NCBI GenBank assembly: GCA_047495785.1 | Contig: JBLDXI010000042.1 | Span: 3,100,001-3,164,000, forward strand | Direction of reading: 5' to 3' | Source: Lepidodermella squamata | Lineage: Eukaryota > Animalia > Gastrotricha | DNA length: 64,000 nt | Shown: in pieces, positions 1 to 11,271 of the stretch | How positions within the stretch are numbered: the first letter of the stretch is position 1 | Layout of the letters: each line of letters begins with the position of its first letter | Position numbers and translations under genes: made by a program | The notes under the pieces: generated by a model | Seen by the model: the letters and a program-made list of their open reading frames with translations, nothing else | The model's database searches: none | Told to the model about the DNA's origin: nothing

Positions 1-45
1 CGGACTCTTCAATTCTATGTATTGTTATAATTTTCATGCTAATAG

Positions 46-422
46 ATGTGGCTATGGCTGAATGTTTAGCCGAAGTCGGCGTTCCAACGATAGACACGCC
101 AGATCACGTAAATAGGGCTCGGTTCATCCCTACTGCAGTCATCGATAGTTTGACCCCAGGCGAATTGCGGAAGACCGGATGGCTTTGGGATTACATGAAC
201 AATTTCACAGATGGTGAAGAATGTTGTTCAAGTATAGCAATCGGCTTTCATTACGTATACCCTGAAGACATGGTACTTTACGAGTACATTGTGTATAGAT
301 TGCATTTATTTGGTAGGAATGTTTATGAAAACAATTACGCGCTCGCGAAGTTGACGCGAGAAACTGTTGTAGAGACTTTGAACATGAAAGGATACGCGGA
401 AATAAAGACACCTCCTGCATGA
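46..422 (+). CDS. C1GALT1: Core 1 beta-1,3-galactosyltransferase (C1GALT1-like), last exon; 5' part lies outside the window
   Basis: Acceptor AG at 44-45. The translation DVAMAECL...RARFIP...W.WDY...EECCSSIAIGFHYV.P..M..YEY.VYRL matches the C-terminal pattern of GT31 T-synthases. Confidence 0.85.
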
Positions 423-918
423 CGCTTCTTGATGATGTTTATTCATTGAGCCTTTACAGTCTATGTTGCAGATAGCGGCAGTCTGGGGTAGTAGCTACAC
501 GAAATGCGACTTATTTCAGCTGCGCAAATATGAAAGTAGTGTTCATGCGAATAGAGAGTTGTGTCGGCCGTGCTTGGCGTACTGGTCCCGGTGCTTCGCT
601 TTCGACTTCTACGACACAAAATCAGGGGGCTTGTTTTGAGTAAAGCACCTTTAGGTTCAACGGAGATCAATTAGAGAATCAATTTTGAATTAATTTCCAA
701 CATGCTTGAAACTAACGGATATCCTTTGCGGTGAAGTTCTCATCTTAATTTTCTACGCCAAGCGTGTCTGCTGTTCTCTCCCAGGAAGTGAAATGGCGCG
801 ATGTGAAAACGGAGAAGAATAAGAGGAAAGTGGGCGGAGGGATTGCGCAATATAAATGCGAATAATGAAGCTCAAAGATCGACATTGTTCATATTGCGAG
901 GCAAATAGGGTCTTCGAA

Positions 919-3300
919 ATGATCTTGATGCCTTTGACCGCCCTGTTAAGCTGGATAGGGCAGAAGCCAGTAACGGCCGAGATCAACATGACTTCAATCA
1001 TGAGTCCTATCGAAAAGCCTTACACCATCAAACTGCTGAACATGCTACCCACTTGGCTTACTTCGAGCGTCAAAACGGTTGAATTGCTCACTCTTATCGT
1101 AAATTCCAGGCGAGATGTCTTGCCAAACTATCGACTGGAGGTTCAAATCGAGGATGACGATGTTGGCAGGCTGTCATCCCAGCGGGTGATTTCATTCGCC
1201 CGTCAATTTAATGGCATGACGAATCGATCAATCGTTCAATCGCCAATAGTTGTTGGACCCTTTTATTCAACTGGGTGTAAGCAAATCGGGAAATTCATGC
1301 ATTACATCAATCAAGTCGACATAGCCACCAGCTGTACATCCCCAGTTCTCAACGATCGTCAGCTGTACCGCAATCTATACCTGACCCAAACAACTGACAA
1401 GTACACAGCTCAGCCAATACTCAACTTCATCAGAGAGATTGGTAAATGGAATAAAATCGCGATAATCTCTCACACAGGGTCTGCAAACGACTACTCAAAT
1501 GCTATATTCATCCACCAGAAAGCTGTGGAGGCTAATTTCACAGTAAAATGGTTTGACCTGGTTGACGGGGCTGTTATGACTGACGAGGCGATAATATCCC
1601 TGAAAGAATCGGATGCTCGCATAATAATTGCTTACATGTCAGACCTGAATATGCTCTATTCTTTCATATGCAAGACTCTGCAGTTTGGTTTAACCGGCCC
1701 GAAGTACGTCTTTATTCTGAACCTTGAATCTTACATAGATGATTATAGCGGAAGGCCGACATTTTGCTCGGATGAAGATTTTGAGAAACAAATGCCGAGT
1801 AGCTACTGGTTCGGACTTTCAATCTCATCGGCTGACAATAAACTCAAAACCCAGCTGGGCTATAGTTCTTTCGAGTTTGATGAGGCCATCTCGAAGTTAA
1901 CAAATGGATCTGTTAGGGAGGCCCATCCTGCAACACACGACAGCTTGCTGCTGGCAGTCATGGCTTTGGACAACACCGAGAAAGAGTTAGCGAAGCTTAA
2001 TATGTCATTGCTGAATTATCCGCAGCATCCTGATGTCGTAATGCGAGCTGCAAATCAATCTGTTTTAAATTCGAGATTGGTCGGTGTTCGAATTGGCTTG
2101 ATGACTTACTCCAAGGGTGGCCTTCCAGATCGGGACAATAAAGTAATCTCATATTACTCCAAGGATCAAAAGAGGCCGGTGGATTTTGCCAATTTAAAGC
2201 AAAAGCCAAATTCCCCAGATTTTTATTACGATAGCTACTTCATTGAATTCATGCAAGGATACCAAAATCTCACATCTCTTCAACTCCCAAAATTCGACTC
2301 GAGGCCTATTATAAAATCGCGGGATAAAATCTCAATTGAAGTGTTCGCAGTCATCCTTATTTTGAGCGGCGCAGGTACTGCAGCTCTATTTTATCCTATG
2401 CGGTTGTCCTATCACTTGAATTTCACTCTAAAATGGCAACTACTTTTGACGATGTCTGGGTGTCTTTTGCTGAATGTTGCAGCAAGCCTGTACGCGATTC
2501 CTTACAATTGGTCTGATTCATTGGCAATATGGAATGCTTCTCTAGTTATTACAGTGATTGGAGCTTCCTTGATTAACGGAACATTTGCCTTTCAACACAT
2601 TATCTTGGAACACGCTTTCAAAACTCTTAGCGCCCAACGAGCTTCTTCAGCGTTGATGTGGACAAAATCTGATCACGTTTCGTTACGGGTCTCTGCAAAT
2701 CATACCTCGACTTCTTCCTTCAATAAAACATCACTAAGGCCGAGTTCGGTGGCTGAAGTCGAGGAAATTAATGATGATTTTAATAAAAAGGTCGATCGGA
2801 GCATCGCTGTATCATCCATCAGTTTTGCTGGTTTGAATGCGGTCATTCTTGTGGTATGGTTGATAGGACTTGGTGGGGTGACGTGTTCGTTAACACTGAA
2901 CTCTAAAATAGACGATGGCCAAGCGGATGTTTTCATAGAGCAATGGCTATTCGATTGCTCTTCTCGCAGTGGCTCAGTTTCAGCTTGGCTATTGTCCGTT
3001 GCGTTTCTGAGCTTGGCTGTCCTTCTTCTTGGTGCATTTTCTGCTTATCATATTTCAAAGCGATTGAAATTACGACGTTTCGGCAGGAAGTATCAGACAC
3101 AAATATATCGCTGGGGCCTGGCTAATGCAGTATTCTTGCTTTTAGGTGGGTTGCTGATCGTTTTTATTCTCAATGGGCAGAACTCTAAGCAGAAAATAGC
3201 TTTGGCGGTTGACAGCATTTTATTATCTCTGATTACATCAGTAGTGCTTACGTTGGCGTTGCGAGCTAATAGAGGGACAGCTGAGCAGAGCCGGCAATGA
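919..3300 (+). CDS. Class C GPCR, GABA-B-like (Venus flytrap plus 7TM, no Cys-rich domain), intronless
   Basis: ORF 856..3300 with a likely signal-peptide start at 919. It has ANF-receptor-type motifs (VNSRRDVLPNYRLEV, IVVGPFYS, WNKIAII, LKESDARIII, GLTGPKYVFIL) and seven hydrophobic segments. Confidence 0.85.
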   Translation: MILMPLTALLSWIGQKPVTAEINMTSIMSPIEKPYTIKLLNMLPTWLTSSVKTVELLTLIVNSRRDVLPNYRLEVQIEDDDVGRLSSQRVISFARQFNGMTNRSIVQSPIVVGPFYSTGCKQIGKFMHYINQVDIATSCTSPVLNDRQLYRNLYLTQTTDKYTAQPILNFIREIGKWNKIAIISHTGSANDYSNAIFIHQKAVEANFTVKWFDLVDGAVMTDEAIISLKESDARIIIAYMSDLNMLYSFICKTLQFGLTGPKYVFILNLESYIDDYSGRPTFCSDEDFEKQMPSSYWFGLSISSADNKLKTQLGYSSFEFDEAISKLTNGSVREAHPATHDSLLLAVMALDNTEKELAKLNMSLLNYPQHPDVVMRAANQSVLNSRLVGVRIGLMTYSKGGLPDRDNKVISYYSKDQKRPVDFANLKQKPNSPDFYYDSYFIEFMQGYQNLTSLQLPKFDSRPIIKSRDKISIEVFAVILILSGAGTAALFYPMRLSYHLNFTLKWQLLLTMSGCLLLNVAASLYAIPYNWSDSLAIWNASLVITVIGASLINGTFAFQHIILEHAFKTLSAQRASSALMWTKSDHVSLRVSANHTSTSSFNKTSLRPSSVAEVEEINDDFNKKVDRSIAVSSISFAGLNAVILVVWLIGLGGVTCSLTLNSKIDDGQADVFIEQWLFDCSSRSGSVSAWLLSVAFLSLAVLLLGAFSAYHISKRLKLRRFGRKYQTQIYRWGLANAVFLLLGGLLIVFILNGQNSKQKIALAVDSILLSLITSVVLTLALRANRGTAEQSRQ

Positions 3301-3517
3301 ACCTCACTCACTCATGTTGCTGTTTCATTGCAGATGCGAGAATCAATTGTTCTATTATTCAACGGATAAATTATATTTCGAAACCAAACCGCTTTATTTG
3401 AGAGACAAAAGCAACGTAGTACAAGGATCACTTCTCCGTTTGCAAGTCTTCTATCGAAAGCTTGATATTGTCAGTGTTGTGATTTGAGTATTCAAAATGA
3501 AATTCGCAATATCCTCA

Positions 3518-3863
3518 CTACACTCGCAAGTACAGATACAGCCATGAAGCGGGTGCAGTGGTGGATGATGCGATAGTCGAATAAAGCTGGCAAGCGTTGG
3601 CTTGCGAATCCCACCCAATCCCCTTGCATTTGGCTGTGTAGGTTGCTGATAAGCACAGAGTCGCACAATCTTCTGCGCTGGTGACACTGAATTTGACATA
3701 GAGCATCGTGTTTCCAAAGGTAACAGTTGACGCCGTGAATTTGTCCAGAGCTGAAATGAAAGGAGGAATGCACATCAAGTTAACAATATCTTAGCAATCT
3801 CTTACATGCTGCCATTGAAAGGCCGATGAAACAGCCGGCGATTAGAGCTAGTTTGCAGAACAT
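3518..3863 (-). CDS. Small secreted single PAN/apple-domain protein (96 aa), paralog 1
   Basis: Exons 3863-3806 and 3750-3518 with a 55-nt intron. Signal peptide MFCKLALIAGCFIGLSMA; 4-Cys PAN pattern CxxxC...CKGIGWD....CQLY; two paralogs at 29.5 and 31.3 kb. Confidence 0.8.
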
Positions 3864-3899
3864 TTTCTGAGGAGGCGATAATGAGAAGTATCTGGTTTG

Positions 3900-4085
3900 T
3901 GATTGAGACCGCCTTTTCTCGCCGCATTTATAGCCGGTAACTTGAACTCAACCCAATGTTTTTCACTTGTTTATTTGATCACCTGTTTGAACCGGTACGT
4001 ACATTTCGCTACATTTCACGACTGAAATCACTGTTTGTTCATCTGTTGTTTTCAACGAATCAGGCTTGCCTAGCAAATTCCAGAG
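3900..4085 (-). promoter_or_regulatory. Promoter of PAN gene 1: TATA box plus repeated E-boxes and a forkhead-like site
   Basis: TATAAAT at 3932-3926 on the - strand. Upstream AACAGATG, AACAGGTG, ACAAGTG and TAAACA; the block is conserved upstream of both paralogs. Confidence 0.6.
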
Positions 4086-4442
4086 TACGGCTATAAGTGT
4101 GACGTAAATCGAGGCAGGTGTTATTTATTGAACTAGTGCGACTTAGCTTCTACGAATTCATTACGCACTTAATCTGAGCGGGATTTTTGCTATATAATAT
4201 CATTCCGCAATTCACATTTTTTATCTAGATAGCGAATGCTGCATTATTCGCGCATGATTAGTCAAAACATCCGCTCCATCATCGGCAGTTTAGAGTGCTG
4301 AACCTTGGACACTTCGCCTTCTCAGAGTTATATGGAGGCGTTTCCTTAGCGTGGTGCGTAATATAATGCCCTTATAGTTGGCGGATTTTATGGATCAAAC
4401 TCTTTAGCCGTTTGAAATCGTACATTAAAACAGAGTATTAGA

Positions 4443-6773
4443 ATGTTTTCGATTTCAGCTTTCATCTTGTATTTAGCAGTATGGCTAGAATCGAGCTACC
4501 AACTTAACATCACTGAATTGAAACCTATTAATAAGAAATTTACTATCAAATTGCTTAATATGATGCCACAAACCACTGCACTATCCCTGCAATATGCCAA
4601 AGGTTGCGAGTTTCTCGCCATGATTGTCAATTCCAGACGAGATATTCTACCGGACTATAGGCTGGAAGTTCAGATAGAGGAGGAGGATGTTGGCAGATTA
4701 GCAGCACGTAAGGTTATTGCTTTCAACCGGCAATTCGAAGGCACTGACATACCTCAAAATCTTGTTAAATCACCTATTGTTGTCGGGCCATTCTACTCGA
4801 CCGGTTGCCGTCAAATTGGAAGATTCATGCACTACATCGATCAAGTGGCCATTGCGACAGCTTGCACCTCATCTGTCCTTAGTGAGCACCACCTTTACCG
4901 CAACTTGTACCTCACCCAAACAACGGACAAATTCACAGCTCAACCTATACTAAATTTCATCAGGGAGTGGGGAAGGTGGAACAAAATCGCAATAATCTCA
5001 CAAACTAGTTCAGTCAATGACAATTCGAATGCTCTGTTCATCCATCAAAAGGCAGTTGAGGCAAACTTCACAGTTGTTTGGTTTGACCTCGAGAGTGAAG
5101 CTTTAATGACTGGTGAGATTATGAGTTCGCTCAAGCGATCGGACGCTCGCGTTATCATTGCGTACATTTCCGATCGAAATATGACCACTTCGTTTCTTTG
5201 CAAAGCCCTAGAACTTGGTATTACCGGACCTAAGTACGTGTTCATCCTCAATCTCGAGTCTTACGGACCGGCGAGTACGAGGCCAAAATTCTGCTCAGAT
5301 GAAGATTTTGAAAAGCAAATGCCGGGCACTTTCTGGTTTGGTCTATCAAAAAAACCGGTTGATCAGAATTTGAGGTCAGAGTTGGGTTATACCGCAGCAG
5401 AATATAGCAAAGCCTTAAACCAGTTCACAAATGGATCTGCGACAGAAGTTCATTCCTCAACTCATGACAGCTTGCTACTTGCAATCCTGGCTCTGAACAA
5501 CACAGAAACTGAGCTTAACAAGCTAAACCTTTCTCTTAAAGACTATCCTCGATTCCCGGAGTTGGTTATGAAGATTGCAAATCAGTCCGTGTTGAATGCA
5601 AGAGTGATTGGTCTAAGGATAGGACTGATGACCTATTCTAAAGGGGGCCTGCCCGACCGAGATAACAAAGTCATCTCATACTACTCGCAACAAATGGGAG
5701 AGCCTGTAGACTTTGCCCGGCTCAAACAGATACCAAACTCAGTTGATTTCGAATACAGCAGTTATTTCTTCGAGCCGATCCCTCCATTCAAAAATCAATC
5801 AATTTTCGATTTTCCGAAATTTGACTCAAGACCGACCGTTAAAATTATCGACACCGTCTCTTTGCCGTTATTCGTTGCTATCGTTGTTCTGTCCGGTGTT
5901 ATCGCATTATTTATGGCTTGCTTGTTAATAAGGGCTGCGATGAAGCCAGATGGACTTCCGCTTGTAGACACATTGACCCTTACCGGAGGCATAATCGTCA
6001 ACGTTGCTTCTTGCTTATTTACTCTACCTGGCGACTGGGGAGATTCGAGAACAGCATGGATAGCATCAGTAGTAACCTTCGTTATAGGAACATCGCTAAT
6101 AAATGGATCTCTGGCCTGTCAATTTCTGCAAATTAAACGCAATTTGGGAAAAATCATCCCGATCAGAATAGCCTCTTCTATGACTCAAGCATATTTTACC
6201 ATGCGATCGCGCCCTACTAGGTCGAATAGATATCGCTCGAGATTTTCTCCTATCATGGATGAAAATGATACCGATGATATCTCACTGAAAGGTGCAGATA
6301 AAGCAGCAGCTTCATTTTCGGTTTATTTTTTCATTGCCAACGCCGTATTTTTAGCAGTATGGCTTGCTGGTCTTGATGGAGTTAGCTGCAATTCTCGTCT
6401 TGTTGAAACGGAAGATAATTCGGAAGATGATTTATTCCTCGAAACCTGGCAGTTCATGTGTGACTCTGAAATCGGGTCAATAACGATATGGACCTTGTCT
6501 CTAGCTGCGATTCATGTCATCGTTCTGCTGCTGGGCGCAATGGCGGCTTATCAAATTTCTAAAAGAACCGACTTCCGACGTTATTGCACGACTTACAAAT
6601 TGCATTTGAGAAGATGGGGACTTGCTAATTCAGCTCTCTTGCTACTCGGAGGCATGTTGGTCATGTTTGTTCTCAACGCAAGCACTTCCTCGCAGCGAAT
6701 CGCGATGGCAACATTAGGGCTGCTCCTAACCTCTATAACCGCTGTTGTGATTGCTGCAGCCATCAAGGCGTAA
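4443..6773 (+). CDS. Class C GPCR, GABA-B-like; tandem paralog of 919..3300, intronless
   Basis: 776-aa ORF with signal peptide, VFT domain and 7TM. Long stretches are identical to the first receptor (e.g. IGLMTYSKGGLPDRDNKVISYYS). Confidence 0.87.
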   Translation: MFSISAFILYLAVWLESSYQLNITELKPINKKFTIKLLNMMPQTTALSLQYAKGCEFLAMIVNSRRDILPDYRLEVQIEEEDVGRLAARKVIAFNRQFEGTDIPQNLVKSPIVVGPFYSTGCRQIGRFMHYIDQVAIATACTSSVLSEHHLYRNLYLTQTTDKFTAQPILNFIREWGRWNKIAIISQTSSVNDNSNALFIHQKAVEANFTVVWFDLESEALMTGEIMSSLKRSDARVIIAYISDRNMTTSFLCKALELGITGPKYVFILNLESYGPASTRPKFCSDEDFEKQMPGTFWFGLSKKPVDQNLRSELGYTAAEYSKALNQFTNGSATEVHSSTHDSLLLAILALNNTETELNKLNLSLKDYPRFPELVMKIANQSVLNARVIGLRIGLMTYSKGGLPDRDNKVISYYSQQMGEPVDFARLKQIPNSVDFEYSSYFFEPIPPFKNQSIFDFPKFDSRPTVKIIDTVSLPLFVAIVVLSGVIALFMACLLIRAAMKPDGLPLVDTLTLTGGIIVNVASCLFTLPGDWGDSRTAWIASVVTFVIGTSLINGSLACQFLQIKRNLGKIIPIRIASSMTQAYFTMRSRPTRSNRYRSRFSPIMDENDTDDISLKGADKAAASFSVYFFIANAVFLAVWLAGLDGVSCNSRLVETEDNSEDDLFLETWQFMCDSEIGSITIWTLSLAAIHVIVLLLGAMAAYQISKRTDFRRYCTTYKLHLRRWGLANSALLLLGGMLVMFVLNASTSSQRIAMATLGLLLTSITAVVIAAAIKA

Positions 6774-6985
6774 AATGTAAAACTCGCATTATTTATGACG
6801 ACGCCGTATCCGAGTCCAAGGTGAAAATTGTAAAAATAGAACCACCTTGAAGGTGACTCATTTTAGCAGTAAAATGATGGCTTCCTGCACAAAAGGGGAA
6901 GGCAATAATTATGGATCTTGAAATATGTTAAAAAACCGAGTTCGACTAAATCTCGGCTTCAATATACCTATTTCTGTGTATTAAT

Positions 6986-7209
6986 ATCCCAGTCTCAAAA
7001 CAATGTGGACCCTGAGTTGATCTAAATTTGATACAGGGGTAGATTTTATAGGTTCAACCCTACGTAGATCGCATGGATTCCTATAGATCCTGTATATATT
7101 GGATCAACAATACAGGTCTCATAAGGATCGCAATTTTGGATGAATATTTTGCCTTGTGGATGTACTCACGATCTATTGAGCTCTGGGTCTAGTGATTTCT
7201 GTCTGGGAT
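6986..7209. mobile_element. Degenerate MITE-like element
   Basis: Imperfect ~35-bp inverted ends: atcccagtctcaaaacaatgtggaccctgag versus the reverse complement atcccagacagaaatcactagacccagag. Confidence 0.4.
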
Positions 7210-8584
7210 GGAGGTCTTACAAGTCGACTTTATTGTTGCTGTTGTAAGGTTTATTGAGGAACCATTAGAAATGGGAGCAAAAATGGTAACTGCATCAGAT
7301 TTTGGACAGTTTATAAATAAAATTGACAGAAATAACTTCGATTTAGTGTCATCTCAGCTATTACATCGCATTCGGCCCGGGTACTGACTGGGGCCTTGGC
7401 ACGCTTGTTGGATGAAAAACTAACTTGACAATGCGCAACAAGGGATGTGTTCGCTCTGCGACTTATCGGTTCGTTAATGTTCGTTAATGATTCCGTCAAG
7501 GCTGAGCAACCGCATCCAATTCCAGCTATTCAGCGAATGATTTATCTCTGAGAACTTTTCCTTTCATAAGTTCCACTCATCTTCATTTTTACTTTTACGC
7601 AGTGGTTAAGCTACTTCACTTCCATATAAGACCTCATGGACGCGTCTCAAAACGATTTACCGTATAAGAGCAAGATTCCTACGAACTTGCATGGTACTTC
7701 TTAAACTCATTCTGATTCCAATCAACGGCATGTGTATATCAATTAGACACAAAATTAAGGGATAGGGCGTCTCCTATTTACGTTGTCTATTGTCTTAGGA
7801 GTCGTAAGAACACAGGACTTGAACCATTTGTAAATTGATCTATATTTTTGGTCTTCGTTTCAAGTTCATGGTGATTGAAAACAGGTCATGTTTTGTCATG
7901 CATTGCGACATTGTTTTTTATGGGCTAAGCGTACGTGTTGCGCGGACTTCGGCATCACGGATGTACGCAACCGAACGACAGGCATCTATCTCCGTTAATT
8001 TGTTAGTATACACAGCAATCGTCATAGGGGTATCGGAACAATCAATTAACTTAACATGAACAGCAGTGAGTTCACAGCGGACAAAAATTGCATTAGAAAT
8101 TAATCGCCGTAATTAGCAGTGGATATCCGCTGAGTTGCATTGCCCTACTTTTTTGCTGTCGTCGCTATGTCTCTGAATCCAATTAGCCATAATATTGTGT
8201 TGTTGTTGGAATGAATTCCTAATAATAAGTGCCCTTTTAAAGTTTTATCAGAAGTGACCAAGCTCATTTAAAATGCTGCGATGAAACTATTGAGGATAAT
8301 GGTCATCAGCCTGCCAAAAAGAGGTCACAAAAGAGGTCGTATGGGGGATGAAATCTGCATGCCCAATATTATTTCAGAAGTGATCCAGGAACTGCTTCCA
8401 AAAATGAGAATTTCTGGTCAAACTGGATGACGTAAGAACTGACGTAATCTTACACTTGAGTTTAACCGCCCAAAGAAGAATTATTTGAAACTTTATTGGA
8501 AAAAAATCACATGTCTCAAGTCTATAACATAATACCTAATCACTGAGATTCAATTATAAATGTTAGTTGAAATTCTAAAAGTGT

Positions 8585-9133
8585 TCAGCTTGGTGAAACT
8601 CTCGGCGTTACACCAATGCTGTTATTTTTCGCTAGTGATTTGGACGCCTTGACTGAAGTTCGATCTGAGAGCAGCCAGCGCAGTTGTTTTGTAATCATGT
8701 CATGTTTAGAATGACATTCTTCTTCATCTGAAAAAACATTTTCATGCAATCCCGACTCAGCGCCCAATCCATCCTAATGATTTGAAGATAAATGAAAAAT
8801 TATACTCACATCATATTTGGAGAACTCACGCTTTGATTCATAGGCTTTTGGGTAGCTTGAAGGTCGAAATCAGGAATGTCGTCATCATAAGATAGGAGAA
8901 GACTAAGGGCTATTGATCTCGGCCTTGGTTGAGGGCCTGCATCCGACATCACCTGCTAAACTATAGGAATATAAAAACTATTGATCCAGACGTCAGGAAT
9001 TTCTCACCTTTGGTGCGGAGGAAAGATTCCTTAATCCACTGCAACCCGTACTCAGACTTCTCGTTCGTTCATCTTGAAACTTAGATGAATGCGGCTTGGA
9101 TTGCTTCACTACTAATCGCTTTTGATTCTTCAT
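8585..9133 (-). CDS. Orphan LxxLL microprotein A (145 aa)
   Basis: Exons 9133-9008, 8952-8830 and 8773-8585, with in-frame GT-AG introns of 55 and 56 nt. Motifs SIALSLLLS and ITKQLRWLLSD. Confidence 0.6.
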
Positions 9134-9404
9134 CTCAAGCTAAACTTTTTTAGAATAAGGAAACCTAAAAATGCATTTGAGAAAATGAGTAGTTAAGTTG
9201 GTTTATCGTCTTAATGCGAGGCTAGAAATGAGATGACCACCAAAGTTCTTCTTTGTGCATGTATAGGGGTAAACTGGCGACGAGAAATCAGCCTCACTGG
9301 TTGTTATTCTTTAAAATGAAGCAGATAAATAAATTCGGGCCTGGATTATATTTTTTTACTGCCAGCAGAAAAAGTCACCCAATTCGGGTGTAAAATCACC
9401 TTAA

Positions 9405-9806
9405 CCCTTAGCCGCCGAAGACGTGTACACGCGTTAATTCCGGAGAAAATTCACCGTGGTCGGAGGATTTGGGCTATCGAACCCATTGTTGCGTCATAAA
9501 TTATGATAAATCAATAGCAAGAAACAAGCACTCCCCGAAAATCCAAATTTTCAAAGCCATTCTGACCAGGTCGAAAATAGTGAGACAAATTTTAAATGAC
9601 TTGTAAACACGTCATGAAAACGCGTTAACACGTCATAGCAACGGCAACCCAGGTAAATTTCTTCAGAAAAAGAGGTCCGGCTTTCAATCTAAGGCTAAAT
9701 GTAAGACTTTCTGCCGACTCAGAATTTGATTTTAGCCTCTTCTTGATTTTCTGGGATTTTCTGAAAGGTGCTCGAGTTAACACGTCATTGCGCCGGCGTC
9801 TAAGGG
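9405..9806. mobile_element. piggyBac-type MITE (402 bp)
   Basis: TTAA on both sides (9401-9404 and 9807-9810). TIRs CCCTTAGCCGCCG / CCCTTAGACGCCG match at 12 of 13 positions; no ORF. Confidence 0.85.
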
Positions 9807-10851
9807 TTAATTACTAGTTCATTTTTTCTGGTGCATGAGATATCCCGAATAGTCAAGAGGAACAAATAAATTAGAGCTTAATACGGTCAATTGCCATTAT
9901 TAAATGTTATAAAACTTGGTCAGTGATATTTAGGACGCCGTTCTTCTAAAATGGTCAGTGTCTGAAATGGTCCAGTGATCATCCATGTGATTATTTAAAT
10001 ATTAAATAGCCAGAATAGCCAGAAAAACAAGGACGATTGACCTGAATAATAAGCTCGCAAATACATGATGAGCATTTTGGCAATATCTAGTGTTCATATA
10101 ACGTCTACTATAATTGAATATCTGGCCCTCTGTCTTAGCAAATTCAATGTCACGAGTATATCACTAGTTCGAGACATTGTGATTCATTTGATGATAATCT
10201 GACAAGCGAAGTGAATGGAATGATGAGTTCTCGTAACACCGTTCAGGACACGTAAAATATAGCTATAATTCTAAAAAGTCAGATAATTTAGGTTTGCTCT
10301 AACTTGCGGTAAATCTGCTGCGTGAATCCATGCCAGACTGACATCGTATGGTGGTAGTAATAAAATAATATCACAAACATTTAAAATTATGGGATATTGT
10401 GCGTAAACGCATGGGCAGCAAAGCGGTAAAAACTGAACCGGCTAAGTGCAGTAACAGCGGAAACTAAAGCTGTTTGCTAAATAGCTTATAGTCATTCTTA
10501 CAGGAGAGTAAAGCCAGCAAAGAAAATTCTTGGAAAAAGATCCAAACCAGTCTGATGATATTTAATGATATTGATTTTATGAAATCTGCAATAAATCCAT
10601 ATAAAATTCGAGAATCAAACCGAAAATGGTTTTCAGTTACAGATGAATCATCCAAAGTCGAAAATGTCCCAGTTGGGTTCTGGATGTGAATGTTGCATCA
10701 ATGAAAAGTGGGGTTCCGGTGCGAAATCCGAACGTTCTTGCACTAAGCTTTTTCGACTCAAAAATTACTTTTATTAGTAATCATTGTATAAAATTATAAG
10801 TTCCTTGAAATAATCACTGAGAAAGCATATATCATAAGTTCAATTTGCCAG

Positions 10852-11271
10852 TTAATTTTTAGAGTCAAGCATCCAAGCTAAGCAGCGCCAAACAGAGCTT
10901 CTGCTGCGGAATTCTGGTATAGTAGCAGTAGCCCCACAATTGGTGGATGCGTTTTCGTTACTGGTTTCAACAAGTTTTCGCAATGGCTCTGCTCCAACTT
11001 TGCATGGAGCCGCTTGACTTGCGTTGTCCGAGGCTGTTGGAACGACGTTCAAGTGAATATTCTCGGCTTGTTTTACAAGACAAAATGAATTCGGATGAGG
11101 ATTCGTTTCTTTGATACGTTTAACCTAGAAATGAAATGAAGCGGTTATTTTTGCCTAATAGCTGGCAGATAGATATTAACAAACCTGGTGTTCATTTTCG
11201 CTATCACTTTGCCGGCGTTTCTTGGCGACTTTCGGCAGATCAAAGCTCAATGGTTGACTTGCAAGAGCCAT
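10852..11271 (-). CDS. Orphan LxxLL-like microprotein B (119 aa) with NLS
   Basis: Exons 11271-11185 and 11124-10852 with a 60-nt intron. Basic KKRR...KRIK segment; motifs PLRKLVE and VWRCLAWMLD. Confidence 0.62.

Noticed and set aside
8321-8340. AGGTCA-n6-AGGTCG direct repeat as a response element for the local receptor
   Set aside because: A single occurrence is expected by chance, and the receptor's P-box is non-canonical.
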